From Raillietiella orientalis (Eukaryota): a stretch of DNA of 64,000 nucleotides. The stretch's first letter is position 1. Every line of letters begins with the position of its first letter. Of the stretch, positions 1 to 24,939 are shown in pieces. The position numbers and the translations under genes were made by a program. Below the pieces are notes generated by a model, which saw nothing but the letters and a program-made list of their open reading frames with translations, was not told the origin of the DNA and did no database searches. The DNA is taken from positions 930,001 to 994,000 of the forward strand of contig JAYWIR010000019.1 of the NCBI GenBank assembly GCA_036172245.1, given 5' to 3'.

Positions 1-134
1 TGGCATTTGATTGAAGCACCATCGCATGCCAAAGTGACATCAGTAAATGCTTCAGACTGGAGTAACCGATCAAAAGTCAATTGCAAATTCGTATAGTGAT
101 TGTTCCATTTTAGGCAATACTGCTGTGAATCCAT
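1..134 (-). CDS. Tramtrack/bric-a-brac-group BTB/POZ domain protein, first coding exon (continues beyond left edge)
   Basis: Reverse complement from ATG at 134 reads MDSQQYCLKWNNHYTNLQLTFDRLLQSEAFTDVTLACDGASIKC(H), the classic ttk-type BTB N-terminus (QQ(F/Y)CLxWNNH...FxDVTLAC). Likely acceptor tttctgcatag puts the exon start at 248. Not in the ORF track because it is truncated. Exact paralogue not assignable. Confidence 0.92.
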   Translation of the reverse strand, partial: MDSQQYCLKWNNHYTNLQLTFDRLLQSEAFTDVTLACDGASIKC

Positions 135-739
135 CGCAGAGTTTCATAAAATTTAATGCACACTTAATTTTACTTTACAACTTGGACAATGTGAACAGAC
201 GCTACAATGCATGCAGTTTTTGCAATCCTTACATTACCATAATTTTTCCTATGCAGAAATTATGAAATGAAGATAATGTACACATGATTACATTTCAACT
301 TATTTAGAAAATCCCAACTAACACAGAGGCATGCATTTGAAACGACAAAATACTCGAAAACACCTCTGCTGATGCACTTCACACCTACATACAAACATAA
401 AAGCACTATGAAGCAAATGGAAAAACTAATTCCGATATTAATGGGCAAAAAGATTCTCAAACTCCATTAGTGGCGATGGAAAAGTTAACAAAGAATGCCC
501 AGCCACAAGCTGAGGCTTTTACGATCCGAGTCGGTATAAGTGTGTACACGTCCTTTGTCACACCGAGATAACACACCGTCATGATTTGTTATCATCATCA
601 TTTCAGCACGATCACGTAACGGAAAATATTCTGAATCTTTTGGTGACGAGACGTAAACCAGCTGGAAAGGACAAACTATTCGAAAGGAAGGCACATGGCC
701 AAACAAACTGGAACAAAAAAAAAAAAAAGGGCAAACAAA

Positions 740-742
<3 letters not shown>

Positions 743-776
<34 letters not shown>
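743..776. repeat. (CA)n microsatellite
   Basis: About 17 perfect AC units read directly. Confidence 0.95.
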
Positions 777-778
<2 letters not shown>

Positions 779-2380
779 TCCGTGATGTCACCGAAGAATC
801 TGGAAAACTCATGAAAGCTCGTGCACCCGCCAGAGGAAAGAAAACACCGGGACGGGAACGGCACTGGCGCCATGGCGGGCAACGACGGACCGACCATCGG
901 CCCAGCACGGCCGCCGGAAGACTTTTTGCACACCAACATCACACCATTTTCGTGCCAGCGCGGCACGGCATTCCCCACTCGCCTCGAGTTGCGTAAAAAA
1001 ATGAGCTTTGCCCGGTTGTTTCACCACGGAAGGAAATTGCATCCCCTCCTCCTCCTCCTCCTCCTCTCCTCCTCCTCCTCTCCCCCCCCCTTTCCCGAAC
1101 GGACTGTGATCGAGCCGGTTGCCCGTGAAACGAAATCGTGTTCCGAGACCGGTGACGCAGGCTGGCGGTTCCTTTCCTCCCATCCGGACCCCCTCGGCTT
1201 TCCACCGGAACTGGAAACACCCCCGAAGCATCCGTCGCTGCCTTTGCACACCCCAGAACCCACTTTCGCCACGCCGACATTCCTCGTTCTGCAGCGTAAT
1301 CGCATTCCTCCGGGAAGGCACGCACGCCCCGTGTCGGGCAAGTCGGAAGGGTGGGGAGGGGCCGCCCAAGAGGACCCAGAAGTTCGCTCAGGGATGATAA
1401 CCCCTGTCCGAAATAAAACGCAAGGAAAGTCGAAAAAGCTTCAGGCGCTGATTTTGCCTTTGCCAGGAAAGAAGGCCAAGTTCGACCTACACCCCCCTAC
1501 AATCGCGGGGGGCACGAAGGGAAAACGTGGGAAGGAACCCCGCGCTCACGCAGGCGGGAACAGAAATATACTGGCCACCGGATAGGTGGGCAATCAGATA
1601 GTAAGCCGATAAGAAGAGATACACCACACTACGCATGAACAGAAGAAAGCTTCCTTCTCCGCGGCCGTCGGAAAAGTTTCCCCGCGCCTCGGAGATCACA
1701 TCAGCGATGGACCGCACGTTTTCGCGGAAACAGTGAAACCGATAGCACGGATTGGTCCAGCAAAAAAACGGAGGCAACTCGTGGGTAAACAAGCCATCCG
1801 CATTTTTGTTTACCGCGTCTCCAGTAGGGCGCTCTTGAAATGTTGAGGAATCCTTGCAAATGGAGCAGGACAGGAGGATCCCAATCTGTTCACGCAAGGA
1901 AAGATTTTGCAGCAGCTTCTCAGATGAAACGGTGGAAAGAACTCATCCTTCCAAAGACAATTTATGGAGAAGCAACGTCGGAATGGGATGGACTCGTGTG
2001 AAGAGGATGGAGAATTTAAAGAAGGGAAAAGAAGTCGCAGGGATGGAGAACTCTTCCCTCCAGCGTATTTCGAAGATTTCCTTGCTTCGGCTGAAGAGAT
2101 CGACTTGGAAGCATCTCCCGTAGAGGAAAGGTGCCTTCCCTCGCATCGACTTCTCTTCATGGGTTGCTGCTTTAAGGATTTGCTCGGTGTGGAGCTTACT
2201 CGAAGCGGTTTGCTCATGAAGCACCTTGCCTTCAGCAGGCAAAGGTGGGAACAAGGTATGTAATCCTCCATAGAGGATTAAATACCTTGTCTGGGGCCAC
2301 TGCACAATTCCTCTGGAAGCTCATCGCCAGAGTCTTCTTCGTCCCGATTCCTTGTGTGCATAACTTTTTTACATTCGAGC

Positions 2381-2388
2381 TATCGATA
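2381..2388. promoter_or_regulatory. DRE-like palindrome TATCGATA (candidate housekeeping promoter element)
   Basis: Exact DRE consensus upstream of the BTB gene; a single 8-mer could be chance. Confidence 0.25.
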
Positions 2389-5300
2389 TGAGAGTTCTGT
2401 TTAAAGTGGGAGTAGGATGGGGCGAGGCGGAGGGAAAGTCCTGTGGATGTTTATATGTGTGTATTTGATCCTCCGTCCCTCCCCCCCGCTCCACACTTCT
2501 TGAATGGAAGCTCTCAATCGTTGGAGGATGAACAGCTTCAGTGGGCCAAGAACGGAGAACTTGCCGCACAATCAGATAAACAGCAGATTACGTGAAGGCT
2601 CTGGATGTATTGGAAATGCACAATTGGATTGAGAACGTCGCTGATGATACGAATGCCTGAGGGCGAAACTGGCTTGACGCAAAAAAAAAAAAAAAAAAAA
2701 AGATCAGGCTTTTCGAGTAGATAATGGGACGCAAACAAAGCAAACCGGGAAGCAGCAGCTCACATAACTGCCGAATTACAGAAAGCACATGTAAGATCCC
2801 ATCCTTCATCTCGTCAGGCTTCGGCTGCTCGGAAACTTTGATTTCGAAGAGCGACTTTAATGCCGACACACACAATCGATTCAGCACAGTTATCTGCAAT
2901 TAACGGTGCCAAGGTTAGGGAATCCGAAACACAAACATCATCGTGAGGCGGGAGGAGGAACGGAAGAGCAAGGAAGGAATCGCCGCTGGCACCCTGGCTG
3001 GCACCGGGAACAACGGTGCGAAAATCGAGATCCGAATGGAAACTCGGCGGCGGGGAGTGTACGGAAGTGAAAGCAGCGTTTGGCGACATGTGAGTGTACA
3101 CAAGATCCAAAGATCTGCTGGATGCTTTCCACGATTCCAAGAGCGCTGCGTGTGACGCGCTGCATCCGAATTCATTTGCGGTCTCCCTCGTGCGCAGTTC
3201 GCCTCGCCCGCAAGGGCCGGCGAGCCAAGGAAGAACAGCCCATCTTCAGAGCAGGGCCCGTGAGCCGAACGGGCAGGCGGCAAAGACGATCTTCCCGCAA
3301 ACAGATAGGAAGAAGGAACTGCCTGTTCCGCTAGGGAATGCCTGGCTTCCGCAGCTCTTGCCCTCTTCTTGAAGCCGCTGCTACCGACAAAGGTGGCCGT
3401 TGAAGTCGCATCCATTTGCCTTCTTCGTGGAAACGCTTCCTTTATTGCAAACAATTTACGTACGGTCATTCCGGAACGGAGCAACGTGTCCTGCGCGACG
3501 CGAGCAAAAGGGGAAGAAAGCCTAGAGGAAGCGCAAACAGGAAATTCGGGATTTCTCGACAGGAAAACCATCGCCTTGGATTCCGTGTTCCATTTTGGTG
3601 GAACCGAACCGGCAGAGCCCTTTTGAGGAAATCGTGAAAGCCCCGAAGGGCAAGCGCGCAGGAATCTTCGCGGCCGTGCCTGACGAACAGCGCAGGGATC
3701 TTCTGGGTGTTTCGCGTTCCCATCCTTCGCGTGCTCCGATGATGACTGGCTAAATGGTGGAGCGCTCTCGACTCGCTCTCACCGAACAACGCGAAATTCC
3801 CGAAGAGCTCGTGAGAAACGCTCGCACCAAAGTTCTGTTTTACAGCTTCACGTCTGCATTTCACCGTCGGCGGCGTCTCGATACCTTTGCCGGCGATTAG
3901 GCTTCCCGGAAGCCAGGGCCTTTGAAAAAACCAAAAAAAAAAAAATACTCCGCGAACGCCATCTTCAGCTCTCGCAGCCCGAAAAGAGAAAAACAAAGCC
4001 TATTCCGCTGGAACGAGTTCTTCAGCCCAGGTCTTAAGCGCGGATGCTTCCCTTCGAGCTGGGCGTTCGACGAGTCGTTGCATCTGCAAGGAACTCGGAA
4101 CGAAGATCACCGCCAATCACACTGCGTAGGCAGATCGTGGAGAAATTCATGTTCCCTCCCGGACCGTCTTTTTTTCTTTTTCTTTTTTTCGATTTCCCTG
4201 CAGCGAGTGCTCGCTTCCCTGCCAACGGAATCAGGATTGCAGCCACCGACCTCGTCGGTGGGAAAAGACGCCGACATAATAACGGCCCTCAGAAGATTCC
4301 GGTTGCCATGATCTCTAAAGCAGAACAGGAGAGCTGGCTTTCGATCCACCACGCCCGGGATTCTTGCAGGGGAAGCGGGGGCTCCTGAAATCCCCTTGAA
4401 GTGGCATGGCCGTGGGGCAGCGCCGCGTGAAGCGAGAACAGGTGTCAACGGGGACTGAGCGGGGAATAACACGAAAGTGATTCGAAGGTCACGGATGCTT
4501 CAAAGAAAACGATCTCGTCACAGGGCAAGCAAGGAAGCTGAGGCAACAACGTGCTTTCGTCTTCACGTCATCCTCGCCCGCCTTAACCTGGAGAGAGCTG
4601 TCCGATGCCAGCAAGAGTTTTGTGATGTCTTAATTCTCCGTCCGATGCACCTTCCTCCCGAAAACTCTGTGAAGCACTTCCAGGGATAAAGGGAAGAAGG
4701 GGATAACAGCTCACCCTTTGCCTGTTCCCACTTGCAGCGCTTCGTGGCGCCGGCCGCATGACGGGACGTCGGGAATTCGACGCTCGTGACGTACTACACC
4801 CTGTCAAGTGACCCGGCAGAGTTTGCCGGAAGGATGCCTTGAGACGCCGTGAGACCCTCGGGAAGCAGCTCACGACCTCAGGGATCGGCGGAAGAACACC
4901 AGGACCGATTTGCCCCGCGTAATATCGAGCGGCCGCGGCGGTTTGGGGGTGGGGCGGGGAAGGAAAGGAAAGGCCCTCGTGTCGCAGCGGAAGATGGTCA
5001 CCAAGTGAGAAGTGGTAGAGGATCGGAGGCGGCGCCCATCGGGAGTCCCTGTGGTCTCCCGTGCATCCTTCGTCAACCACGTTGGCATCCCCTGCCTCCG
5101 CGGAACCCTAAAAGAATGGCCCTCACAGGAAGGGGCGCCCCAGGAGGTCAAGGAAAATCCCACTCTGCGAACAACGGCGCAAGTTCTCCGAGATGCGACC
5201 ACGGCGGTGCCCATGGACGAGCGGCGCCTCCCGGAGTGGTCCACCCTCGAGCTTGGCAACGGAGCTAGGGGGACCTTCCCACCCAATCCGTCTTGGAGTA

Positions 5301-5828
5301 CTCCGGCTACTCCCACGTCGAGAAACTCTTTGCCCCTCCAGAAGGTCACGCAGGTCCTGGATTGCAGCCACCTGCTTACTGCCCGGCGTCGCCTACCGAC
5401 GAGTGCGCTCCCCTGCGAACTTTTTGCGTGGCTTCTCCGGCAGCCGTGCGAGCGCAAGGCCTTCGTTTTGGCTCGATGGTGGCAGCTCCGAAATCAGCTG
5501 CCCAACGCCGGAAATCCGCTAGGCGACAATGCCCCGTCTCCCCCCCCCCCGACATGCGCCCTTCGTTCCATCTCCGCCAGCACAGGAACGGAGAGCCGCC
5601 GAACGGAGGAAGCGAGGGAGAGGGAGGGGGGGGGGCAGCTGGCAAGCAGGCAGGCAGAGAGGGAGGGGCACCCTGGCCGACCTTCTCATCCCGGCCGATC
5701 CGAGTCGCCGATGCGCGCACGCGCATGTCCTCCGCTCCTCCCCTCCGGGAACGCATCGCGAGGAGCACACGGTGCATTTTCCCCGGAGGTCACTGATGTG
5801 TATCACAACGGCGACTTTTTCTTTTCCA

Positions 5829-5877
5829 GTGTGTGTGTGTGTGTGTGTGTGTGTTTGTGTGGGAGAGAGAGAGAGAG
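5829..5877. repeat. Compound (GT)n/(GA)n microsatellite
   Basis: gtgtgt... run followed by gagaga... run just upstream of the tetraspanin start. Confidence 0.9.
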
Positions 5878-6092
5878 CGAGGGAGAGTGTGTGTATTTCC
5901 TTTCCCGTCATCTCATCCCCGAATTCCTTTTCCTTCTCAGTCGATCATTCTTTCCAGAAAGCGTGACGAAACGAAGCGGATCCCGTAATCACGCTCGTTA
6001 TCTTATCATCGCTCCCGCGTTATCACGTTCAGGTGATTCCCGTTACGGTTTTTCCTCACCTTCAGTGCACCTTATCTTTACTCGCAGGCAAA

Positions 6093-8631
6093 ATGGGCAA
6101 AGTCAGTGGTCCAGATTCGGATTCCAAGCAGCCGATACTGAAACTCATCCTCCTGGTTTTTAACGCATTTTCCTTCGTGAGTATCATCATCATCTCCCCC
6201 CGCCGTTCCAGGTCGCCTCGGTTTTTCGCGTGCACCCCCGGCGACGCTCTCCGAGGCGCCGTCACGTATCATTTGCTGCCTCGATCGGCGTCGCGCGGTT
6301 CACGTGGTGCCCCGTGTTGTTGCCATGGCAGCGGAAAGCCCCCGACCGCCACATCGCGCGCGCGCTTTCCACGCTCGCTGCGAAGAAAGGTCACGTGGCT
6401 TTCGAGAATCGAATCCGTGCAGGTTAAATGCCGCATTAAAAAAGGAAAAAAAAAAAAAAAGAATCCCGCAAATAAACCCGAATTTCAAATGCTCGTTTAT
6501 TGCGTTGGATGGAGAGCGAGAAGATGGCGGTCGCTCGGCGGCAGTGAGCGGCGTTTCGGGAGAGCACGGCCGGCACCTCCTCCTCGCCTCGTGGCTTGAT
6601 CCGCCGGCGAGGCCTGGATAATTCACCTTCCAGGAGAACCGAGTCGGCCGTCGTCGTAGCAGCCGCCTCCCGGGCGATGCGAGCGGCAGGCGTTGTCCGT
6701 ATCGCCGCCGCCTCCGCTACACGGAAAGTGAGGCGACGATCGGGGCGCCCGTGCGGGCGAGGGAGGAGGCGAGAGACGGCCAGCGCAGCAGCAGAGGCGG
6801 CGCATCCTGTCATTGACTTTGCGCTTTTTTCTCCTCCAGATTTTCGGGTTGATCCTGTTTTCCCTGTCTCTATGGATACGCTACGACAAGGAGATCAAGG
6901 AGTACGTCGAGCACTCCAACATCTACATGCTCTGGACCGGGGCGTACATTCTGTGCGCCGTCGGCGCTTTCCTCATGATCTTCTCCATGTTCGCCATCTG
7001 CGGGGTGTTCCTGGAAAGCAGGGTGCTCCTGCTCGTGGTAAGGCCGTGAGAGGGCTCCGGGAATCGCGTCGGGCGGGCGCCCCCTGCTGGGAGACCGGGA
7101 AGGTTGCACTCGACCCGGGAGGAAGGCACCGCCAGACGAGGTCTCCATCCGCTCCACCACACACAGCCGCCCCAAGGGGAGGTCACTTCCTTCTTGGTCA
7201 TCCTCCCGAGAGCAGGCGGCGAAACGCCGCCTTTCGGGTCTCCCAGGCAACGGGAACAGTCGGCGGCGAGCCGCCCCTTGCAGTCCTCCATGGACGGTCC
7301 GATTGCCGGCCGGAGAGGCAGGAAAGGGAGAGGAAGGGAAGCGCAGGAGGAAAAGCATGCGGGGTCAAGTTCGTTCCCTTCGCCCCTGACCACGAAACGG
7401 GCGGAAGCCGGAAGACCGCCGACGCCACGGGAAACAGGGCGACCCGCGCGCGCCCTATCAGGGCGACAAAGGGAGGGAGGCGCGGTGGTGGTAGGGCGAA
7501 CCTCGCGACCTTGACCCCTTGACTACGCCCTCCAAGGGGGTTCTCCCTTTTATTCTCGGAGCGCCCCCGCTCTGAGAGAGGGGCAACGAAGCAGGTCTGG
7601 CCTCCCCCTCTTTCCCACCGGCTTTGCAGTACTCCGTGCTCCTGGTCCTGCTGTTCCTGCTGGAGATGATCGGCGTTGGCATCACCCTGAGCTACGCGAC
7701 CCGGAGCGGTAGCCTGGAGGCGCTGCTGGCCGACAGGATCAACCGGATGATCGTTCTCTACGACGTGGACCCCGCGAACGCCGCCACCCTGGACCTCATA
7801 CAGAGCAAGGTGAGCATCCGGGCCTCTATGCCCCCCCCCCCCGAAGTCGCGAAGGAGGAGAAGGATGGTTGCCGAAGAGGCGGCTGGGACCCGGAAGTCG
7901 CCCGTTCCCGTGGACTGTCGCCGCCCGCGAGAGCGGACGCGACCGCAAAGTGGCACGCGGGAGAAACGGACAGGCCGGTCGGTTTTGTGTGTCACACGCG
8001 GGCTTTGAACCCGCCTCGCGGGTCGGCCGTGGCGGCGCTTCGGGGCAGGAGGAACGACGACGCCCGAGGCGCCGGTGTCCGCCGCAGTAGGAGGTCTCCT
8101 GGGGGAACAGAGGCCGGCCTTCTCCGGGCGCGCGCGCGATCTTCCTACCTCCTTTCTTCCGGGAGGGGGCGACGGCAGCCAGCGGCACGTGCCCGGTCAC
8201 CTCGACCGGCGTATCCTGGAGACCCCTCGATCTCACTCTCTCTTTCTCCTCCCCACAGCTCCGGTGCTGCGGGAATACCGGTGGTGCCGACTACGACAAA
8301 TATAATAAGCCGATCCCGTCCAGCTGCCAGGACCGGGAGACGGGCAACCAGTTCCGCAGGGGCTGCGTGACGACGCTGAGCCAGTGGCTCGACTCGAAGA
8401 GCTCCGCTGTGGCCGGGGTCACCCTTACGGTGCTTTTCGCCCAGGTAACGCCTCCTCCTTACCCCCTCCCTCGCGGAGGCGGGAGGATCGCCCTCCTCGC
8501 CGCCGTCTCCACCTCACCCCACCCCTTTCCAGGTGTTCGGTTTCCTGGCTACCGTCTTCCTGATCCGGAAGCTGGCCCTCTCGGAGAAGAAGGGTCTCCT
8601 CTACGACCCCGTGCGCAACCAGAAGGCGTAG
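6093..8631 (+). CDS. Tsp2A: Tetraspanin, Tsp2A-like (248 aa, 5 coding exons)
   Basis: Exons 6093-6176, 6840-7037, 7630-7809, 8259-8444, 8533-8631; all GT-AG, all phase 0. Four hydrophobic TM segments. EC2 has LRCCGNTGGADY...PIPSSCQDRETGNQFRRGC, closely resembling Drosophila Tsp2A (CCGATGPWDY...PLPSSCRDTVSGNAFFNGC). Tetraspanin call is firm; orthology is less certain. Confidence 0.9.
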
Positions 8632-9354
8632 ACGCTGCTGTGGCCGGAGGCGCCGGACAGGAAACGCCGGGAGACCTTGCGCTGGCAGAGGAAGGCGGCA
8701 GCAGGCGGGAACCGCGCCGCCGCCGCTCCGGGATGCCACCCGCGCTCGAGACGGGTTTCCAATAGCAACGGGGGGTGTGCTCAAGAAGGGAAGAGACGCA
8801 CGAGGCTGCCCGAAAGGGCGAAGGGGCACTTTCCCGAGCAGGTCCTTGCGCAGCGGCGGCTCTCTCAGCCGCCGCCCCTGCTGCAGGCGAAGACGCCCCA
8901 AGGGGGCAACTGGGAAGGGTGCGGGTGGGAGGACCTCCCGGAAGCATTTGCGGAGGAAGAAGTCGCTGGCTGCGGCGACCAGAGGGGAGGGAGAGCTTTG
9001 AAAAGGAAAAAAGAAACACCACAACACTCTTCTGGACGGTGCCCGTGGCTCGTGGGAGGGGAGGGGAGGGGAGGGAATGAGGAAATAGGGAGGAGCGCGG
9101 AACTCCCAGCCTCCGCTTCCACCTTTCCGAAGCTTCGCTATCCGAGAGGCATGACCGCTCGGAGTACGCCGGACAGCACGGCGAACGTCCGACAGCAAGG
9201 ACCCCCATCCTCCTCCCAACAGCGGGCGTCCTGCCAGTTGCGACGGGACCCGCAAGGAAGGGAGCGCCGACTGCCGTCGGGCGTGTCCTGCTCTCCGCTC
9301 CCGCCCAGATCAAGAGAGGGCCGCTTGGCGGCGCACATCTGTATTTACACATCC

Positions 9355-9360
9355 AATAAA
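9355..9360 (+). terminator. Polyadenylation signal AATAAA for the tetraspanin
   Basis: First AATAAA after the stop at 8631; a second lies at 9487-9492. Confidence 0.55.
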
Positions 9361-9816
9361 TAACAAAATTCACCACCATCCGATCCCGCGCCCGCCTCTA
9401 AGAGGGCACGTACTCTTCCCGGGGGCTGAACCAGCGGGAATGGGCAAGACGACCGTCTCGCCGATCGCCAGGCACGGCGCGGGGTGAATAAAAATGGGGA
9501 TCGTCGGCAGAAAAGGGAGGGGAGGACACGCTCGAAAGAGAAACACGGCACAGGTGAGGGACGAACAAGATGCTCAGCGGAACGGTATCCAGAAAACGCT
9601 CCCAAGAATGGGTATCACAGTTTGGAGAAAACGAGGACGGGAGAGTGGGCGAAAACACGCACAGGGAGAGATAAGTACAGAGTGAGCGAGAGAAAGGAAA
9701 AGAAGAGGGGGAAAAAAAAAAAAATTACTTCGGGGGGCTACAAGTGGGGCCGGCGCGCCCGTCCGGGAAGGGGAGAGGCCCATCCCAGGACGGCGGTCGG
9801 GAGGCGCGTCCATCCA

Positions 9817-21710
<11,894 letters not shown>

Positions 21711-24285
21711 TTGAAATGATGATTAGAGGCTGCTTTCAAAATGCAAAATATCACTCTTCGATTTTCCTCTTTTGCAAGGTTCATCAGCAACACATGCAGA
21801 GAAAAAAAGAAAAAAAAAAAAAAACAAAGGAACTAACGAACGAAAGTTTCACAACGATATATGTTCAGCAGAAATCAACACATATACCATGAGAGAATGT
21901 ATCATCACTCTTTATCACTTGAACACATGTAATTTTCAAGTCCATCTTTGTTAACTCACACAGTGAAAGTAATTTCACTACATGCAATAGTCCCAACTAC
22001 ATTCTCTGAAAGCCAATGCCAAGATCATGTTTTGCTTCAGGCGGTTTTAAGAAGACCAGCACCGGTGCGCTCGTAAAGAACCACTCCTCCTCATCGTTTT
22101 AGTGCCCATCGGCATATATGATGGATAGAAAGTTCAGCTCAGCTTGAGTAGTTGGATTCTCGTTTTCGATTGGTCATTAAGTTGACGTTGACCAGCAGGA
22201 AAAAAAAAAAAAAAAAAAAAAAAACTTTAGAATCAGGTGCAGTGAAGCCAACGTCACCAAACATTTATGACATTATTTATAACATCGTGTCTGCTGAATG
22301 TTAAGTAGACCCACGGATGTGTGTTGGTTAAATCCTTCTTGCGTGTCAATATGTGTCCAATAATATGCCGATCCCTGAAGCTGCACGTTCACGCAAACAC
22401 CATTTCACTGCAAGCTCTCCTTTTCTTCTTCTTCTTCTTCTTTTTTGAAAAAAAAAGGAAAAAAACGTGTGGCATGCATGCACTGTTGGGCTATTTTTAT
22501 ATTCCGCTCTATTGCGCTCGTGTGCTTTGTTGCACGCGCGTTGCTGTGCAGCTCGGAGATTTTTCATCTCGCTGCGAGAGGCTGCCTTCCGAGCATCGGA
22601 TCTGCCCTGGGAGGGAGTGTGTATAAACCCTTCCCGCTTCGGGTGCAAAAGGAAGGATTGTGAAAGAGCCGCTGAGGCTGTTTTCCGAAAGAATGCTCTT
22701 TTCGCACTCCCGGATTCGGTTCTTTAGCCGAAAATTCGATTCCCGGCGATTACGCTCGCGAGAGAAAAACATGCCTACCAGCAACGGATGGCATTTCCAC
22801 GGCAGAAGATCTCTGCCACGTGACCGGGGAAAAAAGAGGAGAGAGAAAAGAAGAGGCGTTCGCCGCTGGTTTCTGGGCAGCAGAATTCAGCCTTGCGGAG
22901 TGCCTGATGAAGAAAAACGAAAAGCACGGCGTTCAGGCTTGACACTGCCGGGGTCACTGACATTTTGGGGCATGTCACGCGAATGTATGTGTTTTCACAT
23001 TGTTGAGAGAAGAAATCCTGCGAGCCGGCTGAGCTGCAGCGTGTTGTGTACGCGTGTTGTGTACGTGTGTACGTGCTCGCTTTATGCGATCATCTTCCGC
23101 AGACGAGCGTCGGCAGAGGACAGAATTGTGGCCCTCGAAAGAGATCCTTGCCACTTGACGGAGACTGTTTGGGGAGTGGGGGGGGAAGATCCCCATTCTC
23201 CGCCCTATTTATTTATTTATTTTCGAGTCGCTTTTCGCCACCTTTTTTTTCTTTTTTTTTTCCCGTTTCGCAGGCGGTCCGCGCGAGGAAGGGGGTGCGT
23301 TGCGTGGATGCGAATGGATTTTCCTTTTCCGATTCCGTGCCTCTCCACTCGTTTTCGAAGATGACTTTTTTCTCGAAGAAAGTGAGCCTTCCCGTAACGG
23401 ATGTTGGCGTTAGCACGCAGCCTGCGTACCGTTATGAAATCTCGATTCCTCTGCGTGTTCGCGCAGGGTGCAATTAACTGCGAGCATCCCGGAAGAGGCC
23501 AGCAGGAAAAAAAAAAAAAAAAAAAGCACGAAGCGCGTGAACGCGGAGGCCGGCGCTGCTGTCCGCGGGACGGGCGCGCGCGCGATCATCTCGCAGCAAC
23601 AACGGCGGCGGTCCATCCGCCAGCCTCCAACAATGCCGCCGCCGCCCCGCCGTTTCGAAATCCGGAAGCGGCGGGTTCCGCGTGTTGAAACGCGGATCTC
23701 GCACGCCCAGGAGTGGCCAAACTTTCTGAGCCTCGAGGAGGAGGAGGAGGAGTTTCCTGCAACTTCCGCGGAAGACGCGGAAGGCTTCCTGTTCGCTCCC
23801 GTGCCTTCGCTCTTCCTCCGGACGGAGCTGGCCACAGAGGGACGCGGCGGCATCCGTCGGGCTGGACGGGAAAAGATCCCGGCCGGTCCGACAGCGCATG
23901 CGCCGCCGCCGCGGGGCGGCAGCAACCGCGTCCTCGTTTCCCCCGCATTCCAGTTCGTTGTCCCCTGCCCTCGCACATCTGCGCGGGACCGAACCCGGCC
24001 GGGAGGCGGAGAGAGGTCAAGGAGCTCGCTCGCGGCGGCACGGCTCTTCCCCCGCGCGCCCGAGAAGGCGGAGGAGGGAGGGCGGCGACGGCACGGCAAC
24101 CCGCGCTGACGAAGCCGCACAACTCCCTCGCGCTCCTCCGGGGGATCGTGGGATTCTGGAGAGATCCCTTGGAGTTCTTCTGCCTTCACTGTGCCCCTCT
24201 TCAAGCTTCGTCTTTTTTCCTTTTTCTTTTAGGTCCGCACGCAGTGCTGAAGAACCGTACGCCTCCTTACGGGCGGCTCGCGAGG

Positions 24286-24939
24286 TTTTTGACACCGTCC
24301 ACGCCACCCGAGGGTGCGTGTTGCTCTTCCAGATGGAGGGGAGTCCATTAGAGCCCACCCTGTGAATCCAGGAAGGCTGCGGAGAAAGGAGTCCTGCTCC
24401 TCTTGCGCTTGGGAGGGAACCCCGAAGAGAACCCTCGTGGTCTGTGAAGGTCATCATCACCATCATCACTCTGGTAGCCCCGGAGGCAACCCTAGTTGTC
24501 TTTAAAGGTCAGCCTCACCCCGATTGTCCCCGAGGGATCCCCCGGAGGAAGAGGTCATTCCTCATTTCTCATCCGGAGGGACCCCCCGCTTCTGATTTCC
24601 TCCTCTGAAAAGAACCCCGAAGGGATCGGAGCGCTTCTTGACACTCTGCAGAGGGATAGATCCATCAGCTCCTTGGTCCTGAGGATGGGAGGGGCATTTT
24701 CACCCCCGGAGGGCTCCTTGACTCCTGGAAGGACCTCGGAGGGTCCACTTCCGATCCTGGGGTCATCCGGTTTCCACCAGCACCGCCGCACCCGAATGAG
24801 CCATCGGGGGCCAGCCGGCGTTACCCAGCGGGGAGTCGACAACGTTTCCGTCGCCGGTGCTTATCCGATCGGGATTCGAACCCGTTCCGCTCAGTGCCTC
24901 CGCCGCGGGACTTCCTGCTGGCGCGCTTCTCCTGGTGGC
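24286..24939 (-). mobile_element. SINE-like interspersed repeat, copy 1
   Basis: Reverse complement is colinear with 36721-37465: caccaggagaa start, B-box GGGTTCGAATCCC (24871-24883), gaaaccggatgacccc core, 3' cgcaccctcgggtggcgtg...gtcaaa end. Confidence 0.75.

Noticed and set aside
5012..6163. 383-aa ORF upstream of the tetraspanin
   Set aside because: Runs through microsatellites, GTG start, no domain recognised; a small real exon inside cannot be excluded.
6319..6332. RFX X-box-like GTTGCCATGGCAGC (similar at 34232 and about 52400)
   Set aside because: Each has mismatches, they are scattered, and no ciliary gene is recognised nearby.
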